Origin: Setoptus koraiensis
Lineage: Eukaryota > Animalia > Arthropoda
DNA: 64,000 bases
Assembly (NCBI GenBank): GCA_048013815.1
Contig: CM106585.1
Coordinates: 12,276,001-12,340,000, forward strand
Direction: 5' to 3'
In this document: positions 54,737 to 64,000 of the stretch, one piece after another
Numbering within the stretch: position 1 is the first letter of the stretch
Layout of the letters: the number at the start of each line of letters is the position of its first letter
The notes under the pieces: model-generated
The model's input: only the letters and a program-made list of their open reading frames with translations
The model's database searches: none
What the model was told of the DNA's origin: nothing
Position numbers and translations under genes: made by a program

Positions 54737-56638
54737 ATGTGGAATAGCCCTACCATCAGAAATCGCAATTATAACGACAGAGGATGTGATGATGGTGGAT
54801 GGGACGATCCCGATATTTGGCCCATTGACGACGAACTCGAATCGCCTCCTATTGAACCATTAACACCACCGCCAACAATTGCTAACGCATTATCTCTTAG
54901 TCAAGCAACTCCTTTAACCGTAGCGCTATCACCAACGAAATATGATGCTGCGCATCGACGACATCAACAACATCAACAAATCGATTATGTCGAAGGCACT
55001 TTTCACTGTGATACAAACAAACAAAATTTCATTATCAATCATGATCTCCAAGGGAAACAATTAGTAAGCTCCTTGACGTCAACTGAACATGATAATTGGA
55101 ATAGTCCGTACCAAAAGAAAAACGTATCTTTCCGAAATGTCATTGTTTATTATTTTGCACGATCACAAGGATTTGTTAGTGTTCCTACCGAGGGAGGTTC
55201 AACTTTAGGTATGGGAACACACCATTTTATGTCACAGGAACTTAATATTGATGCTCACGAGCAGTTGCGCCAAAAAATGCACCGAGAAATTCTACTAAGA
55301 TTGCGACACGCCAAGGCAAGAAGGCGACAGTACGACTATAGTTCAGGATCCGAGGACGATTTCAACGAGAATGATTACTGTGATATATCTGACTCAGATT
55401 TGAACCTGGACAAATTTATATTCTTACGACCGCTAAGTATAAAGAATCGACGATCCCTATTGAGGGCTGCTGGTATTGGCAAAATTGATGCCTCAGAAAA
55501 ACGTGAATGCAAAAGAATCAGAGATTCGGTAAGTTCAGACTATCCCTGAGAGGACCACTCGCTCAATTTATGAATATCCAGTTAACCTGGTCTGACATTT
55601 TACATTTTCATTTTTTATTGATCCAATTTCTCACACCCGTTACAGAGGGAAAGCACAGGTTGTAGGTGCGATGGTATCTGTAATCCGGCTAGCTGTGAAT
55701 GTAGTAGGCTGGGCGTCAATTGCCACGTAGACCGGGAGTCATTTCCTTGTGGTTGCTCGTCAGCTGGTTGTCAAAACCCTTCAGGTAGATTGGAATTTGA
55801 TGGGAAGCGGGTGAGGACACACTTTATCGACACGCTTCTAAGATTGGGATTTGGTGCCAATCTAAAAACTAAAGATTTTAATCTTCTCAAAGAAAGACAA
55901 GTTTTACATTATGGAGATATACAATGTCTCAATGATAGAGGGCAATCCAATCTACTAGAATTCACTACCGGCCTTAAAGGTTTAGAACAACAACAAGGAA
56001 GTAATGTAGAAGTGGAATCCATAGAGGACATACCCGAGACCCCATACTCCTTTTTTGAATACGAGCTTAATCAACTACACCAAAACAACAACAACACCAA
56101 CAGCAATTTTATGCTCATTCCTCCAATTGAGTTGGAAAATCACAATTATGTCAAAAGGCACTTACCTGGCCTTACCACATGTAATTCTCAGTTAAATGGT
56201 CTGATCAGCCACACTTGTGCACCTCCGCAGGTCCCTCAATTTGCTGAGCATAGCACCAACTCGCAATCTAACATCAAAGTCCCTTCTATAATTCAAACAA
56301 CACACATGGATCATCCATATATCAGAGTCATGAATAATTTTGCCGATGCCAGAATGCATCACTTTCCTCTAGGGCAAACCTCTCTAGGGGGCGACTGCAA
56401 CACTTTTGATACTATTACAATGGCCCCATCGTCCTCAAATTATAACATCAACGAGGGTCAGCACCAGGTATCGAACTGCACTAACGATCAACGCTATTGT
56501 GCTGCCGTTCAATCATTATGTGATCATCGTTATTTTACCACTAACAGTAAGAAAGTGATGCTTGTAAACAATAATCACCTCAATTCACAAAATATTGATG
56601 AATACAGTAAACACATCGCAACGCGGGATGGAGATTAA
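54737..56638 (+). CDS. Axud1: Cysteine/serine-rich nuclear protein (Axud1/CSRNP); join(54737..55528,55646..56638)
   Basis: KKNVSFRNVIVYYFARSQGFVSVPTEGGSTLGM; EKRECKRIRDS|RESTGCRC...C.C....V.C.VDRESFPCGC...GC.NP.GRLEF...VRTHF. Confidence 0.93.
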
Positions 56639-56982
56639 TCTTTGTTATAAGGTCAAATCAAAGAATAAAGCAAAATATTTTCAATTGATGTTTTAACAAA
56701 AAGCAAAAACAATTGTAAATTTTTTTTTTCATAATTACGCTTTGAACAGTTTATTGTTTCTTAATTTTATTCTGTTTTCATTCCGTATTTCCTCTATAAT
56801 AGTTAATTGCAATGTACTCGTTTGGTGATGTGTCACTGCATTCAAGTCCCATCGCTCCGTTGTCATGACTACCCAAGTGATGTCGTTAATTTTCCCTGCG
56901 AGATCGCAAATAGAATAGATTTTATTACATTTATTAGTATAAAAACAGTTGAAAAAGATAAGAAGTGGATTAATTTATTGTT

Positions 56983-57722
56983 ATGGCGGAGGTTTTCATA
57001 ATAGGTCAGGTTCTGGCCGCTTGCGATTTTGAAGAGCACTCCTTGTTTTGCAAATGGAGAATAAACACCGGTAAATAGCGCACTAATTCGAGACATCATT
57101 AAACGTTTTGATTGCGTGCTTTCATAATTATTGACTCACTGTTTGCACCAGGTCCAGCGTGGGAAATCTTGGAAGGATATCAAGAAGGCCAGTCGCACTT
57201 AAGCAGCCCCCTTGATGAAGGTGGTAGCAACAAATTTTATTGGAGCCATCCTATAGATGTGCATTTCACAACTAGAGGTCTTCAAGGTTTGTATCCAAGT
57301 CAAGTAGAAAAATACCATTCTCACTAGAGGGATTTAAAAGCTTTGTGTTTCATACAAACTATTTAAAACAACCAATAATAATAATATCAGGTTGGCCGAG
57401 ACTTGAGCTTCAGATTTGGGGAGTAGATTGGTTGGGCAAAGCGAATATTTCCGGATATGGAATCATGAATATCCCGGCACAACCGGGTCTACATAGACTT
57501 GATTGCTCCACATGGATGCCAGTAGGAAACTTTCGACAAAGATTCATGAATTATATCACCGGACAAAGAATGCATCTAGTTGACCAAACGGATATAGTAA
57601 GCAGAGGTCTTGGTCGCGAGAACATTCAGGCGCAATCAGTCGGAAACGTCCAAGCAGAGCTATGTATTATATTGAAAGATTTTGAGAAATACGGTATAGA
57701 GATAAAGGACGTTCAGCACTAG
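56983..57722 (+). CDS. B9D2: B9 domain-containing protein 2 (ciliary transition zone); join(56983..57070,57152..57286,57391..57722)
   Basis: [10 protein letters not shown]...[21 protein letters not shown]|GWPRL, GYG..NIP..PG.H.L.CSTW; spliced length 555 nt in frame. Confidence 0.93.
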
Positions 57723-58305
57723 TTTATATGGCTGAGGTCTATACAGAAGGCTGACTTGCTAAAAATGATCTTTGAGCGCGACGATTGCGCCTTTGCATCT
57801 TCGGTGGTACACAAAATGCTGGCCGCATGCAATTTCGTGAACTATGTCCTTCTATATTATCTATTTTGCACAATTAGATTGAAGCGACAAAGCAGTCATA
57901 AGCTGATAGCAAGGTTGAGGTCATGCGTTTTTATTTTGTTTAGACTTGCCATCCGATTAATTCTTTCGAGATTTCGCTTGCTCTAATCGGTAATATCCCG
58001 TGTTGGCAACGAGCCAGCAACAGAGTATATGCGAGTATGGCTGATAGTACAGCGAAATCTCGAACTTCGGACCCTCATCGACTCATCGACTCATCGACTA
58101 TTGCTTGTGAAAACATAATGTCTATCGAAATAAATCTACGTACATAACTATTTTATCTACAGCTAGTAGGTGGTAGACGTATGATGAGAAAAAACTATCC
58201 AATTAACAATAAGCAAATCTCATGGTCGCATAACAAATTCTAGCGAGAGACAGAGCGAGAGACAAAGAGAGACAAAGAGAGACAGAGTGAGACAGAGAGG
58301 TTTCC

Positions 58306-60221
58306 ATGTTGATCAATATGAGGAAATATTGCCGCTTTATCTCCACCATTGTGTTGCTAACGCTATATCTGAAGCACTCATTGATTCATCATAATTATAA
58401 TTACTATTCTTCGTTCAGTATTTCAGGTGTCGATTGCCAGAGTGAGTACAACACAAATCAACAGCAACGTCTCTGTATACGCTGTTTAGCTAATCAATTT
58501 CATATTTGATTCTGATCTCCATTAGTCATATTCGATGACGACACCGACCAAAAGTTGCCTAGGCAAGACACCAAACAACTAAGCCCTGTTTCGTCGGCAT
58601 CAACAGAAGCGCCAACAACAGACGTGCCGACCTCGCCAGCAAATCATCATGCCTCGTCAAGCGGCAGAAACAAACCAAAACCTAGTACAGACACCGGTCT
58701 AAGGTGTACAACATACGATAACAAGCTGGGCGATTGCATCAGCATCGAAGTTTGTGATTCATTGAAGAATAAAGGCGCAGACATATTACGTAAATCAACA
58801 TGTGGCTTCCAAGACGATGGTTTGCCGCAAGTGTGTTGTGCCATCAGTATGGCCACCACAACTATTGAATCTGACACAACTACGACAGAAACAGTTACCA
58901 TTCCGCCTGTCGATGAGAGTCCCTCTTCATCAACGCCGGTCAGGCCAGCACCAGCCACTGTCGGTAGCCAATCAGCTGAAGTTTCGCTGGACGATAAGAT
59001 AACAACAAATAATAAGAATGTCACCATTGTAAGAGGAACTAGATTAAGAGCGCCAGCTAAAACGAAATCTGGCACCGAGAGAAAGTTTCTCAAAGAATGT
59101 GGAACGCCCTTCTCTACTACATTGCGTATTGTTGGTGGCCAAGCGGCGGCGGATAACGCCTGGCCCTGGTTTGCTTTGCTGATGATTGAACGAAGAGGCA
59201 CCAGAAATCCCGAATGCGGAGCGACATTAATTGATGACAGGCACATATTGACGGCGGCGCATTGTGTTGTGGAACAACCTGCAAACAGAGCGCTCAATAA
59301 ATCGAGAGTGATTGTGCGCCTAGGCGAAAATGATCTGAAAGTGGACAACGACCACTATGATGCTGAAGTTGATGAGATAATACCCCATCCGATGTATCAT
59401 TCGGCGACTTTCAAAAACGATATTGCGCTGATAAAATTGACAAAGAAGGTGACTATTCACTACCGATACAGTGCTCCTGATTCTTTATCATCAATATTAA
59501 CTCTTTTTCTCATCATTTCCTACATGTTCGTGCATGTGAACAGGTGAATTTTACGGAGGAAATATCGCCAGTCTGTTTGCCCTACGATCACGAGAAACTG
59601 AGGAGTGCCAGCATGGAAAATCAGACAGCCTGGGTAATTGGTTTTGGTCGCTTGAATTACAATGGCCGATCTAGCACGGTGTTGCGACAGGCAGATCTGA
59701 AGATTGTGTCGCAGAGTTCGTGTGCAACAGCTTTCAGCAATGTGATGAAATTGACCAAGGAATACGTTTGTGCCGGCGCCACCGGCGAGACACGCAAAGA
59801 CTCCTGTCAGGGCGACTCTGGTAAGATACTAGGTACTGACATGATTGCTGATTTATTTATACAATTAATTCAATTAAATTAATTGCAAACACTTCTCGAT
59901 TGTCGAACGAATGCGGTGTTGCGACGCCATGGAACGTGCATTGACCAGGGGGCCCACTTCTAATGCTGCACCCCGATGCGGAATGTTGTCGCTGGTACAT
60001 ATATGGAATCGTTTCATTTGGTTACCGATGTGCAACGCCTGGCTACCCAGGCATCTACACCAGGTGAGAGGGGCTCCAGGGTGAACAACTCACCTGCCAG
60101 ATTACACTGTATATGCCACTTTTCTATATGTCGAACATAATAATTGATTTTAAACAAAAAACTGTGCCCATTTGACACCAGGGTCAACAAGTATCTGGAC
60201 TGGATAGAATCAAAGTTGTGA
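58306..60221 (+). CDS. CLIP-domain serine protease; join(58306..58441,58526..59448,59544..59820,59949..60063,60182..60221)
   Basis: Signal exon; clip domain C..Y..GDC..I..C....C....QVCC; R|IVGG activation site; TAAHC, NDIAL and GDSG|GP triad; GT-AG introns in phase. Confidence 0.92.
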
Positions 60222-63200
60222 ATGGCAACAAGTATTGATCGTCGGCGTGTTGCGAAGCCTCAAAAGATGCTGCTTTCTCACAAGCATGCACGACATCGAC
60301 ATAGGTGCACAATTTTTATACGAAGAGCGCAAAGTTTTACTTTGATACAGTTTCGTCGAAAAATGGCGCTCATCAGCGCCACAGTTCCTCCAACACTGAC
60401 AATAATGACTGAACTTCCTGAACACAAAAATGAATAAAAGTGAATATCGAAGCTTAAATTAGGGGCGTTCTGGCCCCTTTTGAGAGTTTCCCTTTTTTGT
60501 TGCCTGTGCCATTCATGTTACATTTTGCAGACCAACGCTGCAATGTTTGGCTCACGGCTTACAATAATAAACGGTGAGATATTGGATGGCAACATCTAAA
60601 ATCAAAACGTACATAACCGTTAACCGCTGTCAGTCTAAAAATAAAGCGGCCCCATGTGAGTGCCAGCCAAACATTCTGTCTGACAGATCACATGGGCATC
60701 ATCTGTGTAACCTACATATTGGCAATGTATATTCAGCACACACATGGAGAGTTATTCTGAGAGTTAATTCCAGGGTGGCTTCGAACTCCGGAAGCACCGT
60801 GTCGTCAGCGACAGGCTGCGAATGTGTGTGTGTGTGTGTGCAATGGCGCGTCGTTCACTTCACTTCATTAATTGAGATGTAATCAACTTGTTGCACGGTT
60901 TGCGATCTTGACTGCTCATTGGAGGCACATGCTGGCTGAACGAATTTGTGATAACTCTTCTAATGACGATGGCACAGAAGAGAAAAAAAGAATCAGAAAA
61001 GTGTGCGATGGTTTTCGTAAACGGCAGACAATTTTGCGATAGACATTTGACGATAGCAATCGTCATTCTTAAATGATCATCATTTTAACGATTTTGCGTT
61101 TTAGAAACTCTTGCCTCTTCAGCGTGATAAACTCAAAAGGAAGATACTCTATTTTATGATGACAGTGTCCTTGAGAATATGTGCCTCGCTGGCACCGACA
61201 GAGCCAGAGACAGACGGACGGACGGGCGGGCGGGCGGGCGGGCAGGCAGACAGAGAGCCAGACAGAGATAGAGAGATAAAGAGAGAGAATAAACAACATC
61301 GTGTAACCATTTAGATTATTTTGTCTGTGAGCACTCTCAATACTTGCAAATGGTGCGGCCTGTGATATTCGCTGAACAGGTGCCTGGATTTTGCCGTACA
61401 TCCAGCCGTACAGCAGGAGAGATGGAAAGCGGCCACTTCGGCGGCAAAAAAGTCAGCGCGCTCGCCATTGTGGGGCGACCAATACTTGCGAAGGCAATTG
61501 TGTGTTGGCGATATTTTGCTTATGGCTGAAACAATAAATTCTTGTATCATACAAGTTGTATGTGTGAGCAAGAGAGGACCGGATGCACACTGGCCGTCAA
61601 AGAGACGAGCGGAGCTGTAATCGCAAATGTCGTTTGTGTTTACATGGAAATGGCAGTGCACATTGTTCCTATTTACACTTACATTGCTGCAAACCTGTAT
61701 GGTAAGCAGAACACACACAGTAATTAGTGATTAGTGCACTTATTATTATGATCAATATCGCACTCAGGTGCGATACTAACACACTGCAAGGCCGGGCTCG
61801 TCATCAAACTGGCTCAGGCTGGACACGGCCAGATTCGAGAGACTGCGCTGGTCGCTCCGATGACGACGATGACGACGATGACGATGATGTGGTTGAACAG
61901 GTACAAACAAGCGGATAATTATAGCGAGTGAAAATAAGAAATGATGATAGATTGGCCGGATTAAACGTATCCAGCCAACGTAGAGCGCAGACAGGAATGT
62001 CCACGCGGACACTGGACTGTGTGTGTGTGTGTGTGTGTGACAGTGAGCTCAACAGTCGATGACTGGCCAGTTGTGCTTTCGACTATCCGTACAACTTGTA
62101 GCTTTTAAGTGACGTGGCCGCAAATAGAGAGACAATAATAAATCAAGTATTGTATTGCACGATGATGCAATTGCCGGTGACAAACAGCAGCAGCAGCGGC
62201 GTGCCGACGACGAGAATCTGTTTCCAATTTGTGCAAGGTTCGCTCTTGGGCATCGTCTTGGCGTTGGCTCGCAAAAGCAGTGGCGGCAGTTTGGGCAGCA
62301 GATGTACCTGTTGTTTTGTCCACGATGACGAACAAGTGCGAGGCATGTTGCATTGAAAGATTGCAGAGAAAATAAGATGAAATAAAGTTGTTGTGTGCAT
62401 GAGTCCCTCGATCGGCACTCACACACACATACACCGTGTATGATACCCGGCGTATGTATGGTACACCAAGTGGCGTCAAGTGGCAAGTCACAAGTGACAA
62501 GTCAGAGTCGGTTGCAGAGTTGATTGATTTTGCGTAGTGGCGTTTAATTTGAAATTGATAACTACCCATGCGAGCACGGTAAAGCACCTTGCGAGTCGCC
62601 AGGAGCCCCCGCTGATTGGTCAGCCGTGATTGTTGTTGTTAGCGGCAGAAGCAGCGTCGTTGCGTCATATACAAATGAAGCCACTTATAGGGAGCAGCAC
62701 TACCGTTAGTGTTGAATCAACAGTGTTGATGTGTTTCCATTGTGCTCACGGACAAATTGCGAGCCGCTGGTAGCTGGGGGGCGCAGCAGCAACAACGACA
62801 GCAGCGACGACAGCGACAACAACAACAACAACGACAGCGACAACAGCGACGACAACAGCAGCAGCCGCCCCACAACAATGGTTTACTGCTGCAAGTAGCG
62901 ATGCATTGTGTGTGCGTGTGTGTGTGTGTGTACATGTGTGTGAGAGAACGATCCGACATGCGAGCGAGAGAGAGAGCCAGAGAGAGAAATAAAAAGAGAT
63001 TCACTAGCGAATTATCCGCCGTTGTAGGCTAGCTTGCCAGCGATAGCGACAGAGTGTAGGCCAGAGCTGCGGCTAGGCGTGCTCAGCTGTGCATCATCTG
63101 TGTGTGTGTGTTGTATCATCGCCGTTTGGAATTCATGTGAGTGTGTGTGTGTGTGTGTGCGTTTGTGTGTAACTGAGCCGTAATAATTTGATTCAATTTA

Positions 63201-63368
63201 ATCTGGAACTCCTGTAAATAAACGCCCGCCGTCGTATAAATGTCGGTATCAATGTGAGTGTGTGTGTGTGTCGAGCTCTATTGGCCGACCTGATTGCGCA
63301 ACAGAGAAAGAGCCGCATTCTTGCAAGCCGACAGAGCACAAGCGTGCTCTGTCGGCCTAGTGGCAACA

Positions 63369-63399
<31 letters not shown>

Positions 63400-63650
63400 C
63401 AACTCAATAGTCGTCAGCCGCTATTTAGCACCAGCGCTGGCTAGACGACGCTCGCAAGCGCATTGTCAGTCGACTATAGAGAGGTCTGTGGTGGTCGAGA
63501 CAGAGGGTGTAACAATCAAAATGCGAAACTTAGACTAAAATGTTCTAATTGACTTCTTGGATCGCACCATAGTGCGCTTGTACTCTATCGCTCGCTCTCG
63601 CCGTCTCAAAGCGCAATCTGTTACATAAGAGCCGATATTGTGTGCAGTGC

Positions 63651-63682
<32 letters not shown>

Positions 63683-64000
63683 TGTCGACGACGAGCGCTC
63701 TACTATGTCTGTCCGACAACTGGAGAAATGATCCCAAGACTGGCAAGACACACACTGGCGAGCGGCAATAAGGCGTCTTGCCAGTTGCATAGCACACTGA
63801 CTATTGACTGGCAAATTTGCCAGTGAACAGTCTAGTTACATGATACGAGAGAGAGAGAGAGAGACGAAACTATTGCACTAGGCCAACAACAAACTGTCTG
63901 CTAACAGTACATTGCCGATGGTGATGATGTGAGACGGTGGGCAAATTGAAACTAACTTTGCACCTGATATTGCCCCGACCACCGTAATGATGTTCGCCGC
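60222..64000. other. Microsatellite-rich non-coding region
   Basis: (GT)n, (CA)n, (AG)n, (GAC)n and (CAA/CAG)n tracts; no recognisable coding domain. Confidence 0.55.

Noticed and set aside
1-64000. tRNA, rRNA and CRISPR arrays
   Set aside because: No cloverleaf with A/B boxes, no rRNA-like segment and no repeat-spacer array seen; the tandem repeats lack unique spacers
60222-64000. Numerous 60-160 aa ORFs
   Set aside because: Mostly non-ATG starts, microsatellite-derived, overlapping on both strands, with no domains

Overview
Compact, intron-poor eukaryotic (arthropod) genomic window. The gene density, many intronless housekeeping genes and short introns suggest an acariform mite, possibly eriophyoid-like (inference only). 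1-11.5 kb and 60.2-64 kb are microsatellite-rich, mostly non-coding DNA; the first coding exon of an expansion/rebuf-like gene lies at the left edge. The core carries a bZIP factor, TMEM33, CCT3, a short SAS-4/CPAP-like gene, RPL36A, MRPL44, POLR2K, CFAP410/C21orf2, a TJAP1-like ORF, the Cad96Ca RTK, LAMTOR1, a GNAT, a CUB/LDLa membrane protein, Axud1/CSRNP, B9D2 and a CLIP serine protease. The standout is a young, intact 7.0-kb Ty1/copia LTR retrotransposon (22563-29587; 197-bp LTRs differing at 1 nt; TATGT target-site duplication). Its single ORF runs gag-PR-IN-RT-RNaseH and continues in frame, with no stop or frameshift, into about 730 aa resembling a class I viral fusion glycoprotein (signal peptide, RxxR site, fusion peptide, heptad repeats, TM anchor). 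After the TM anchor come a second signal sequence and a duplicated 4-Cys domain. Its primer-binding site matches the anticodon arm of tRNA-Asn (half-tRNA priming), its LTRs end TG...AA, and it sits 27 bp upstream of the POLR2K start codon. Also notable: a secreted five-domain stefin/cystatin-like protein lacking the QxVxG motif, lying between a microhomology-rearranged duplication, and a CFAP410/class B GPCR chimera beside a 500-N gap that may be an assembly artefact. All homology calls are from recalled motifs; no database searches were run.
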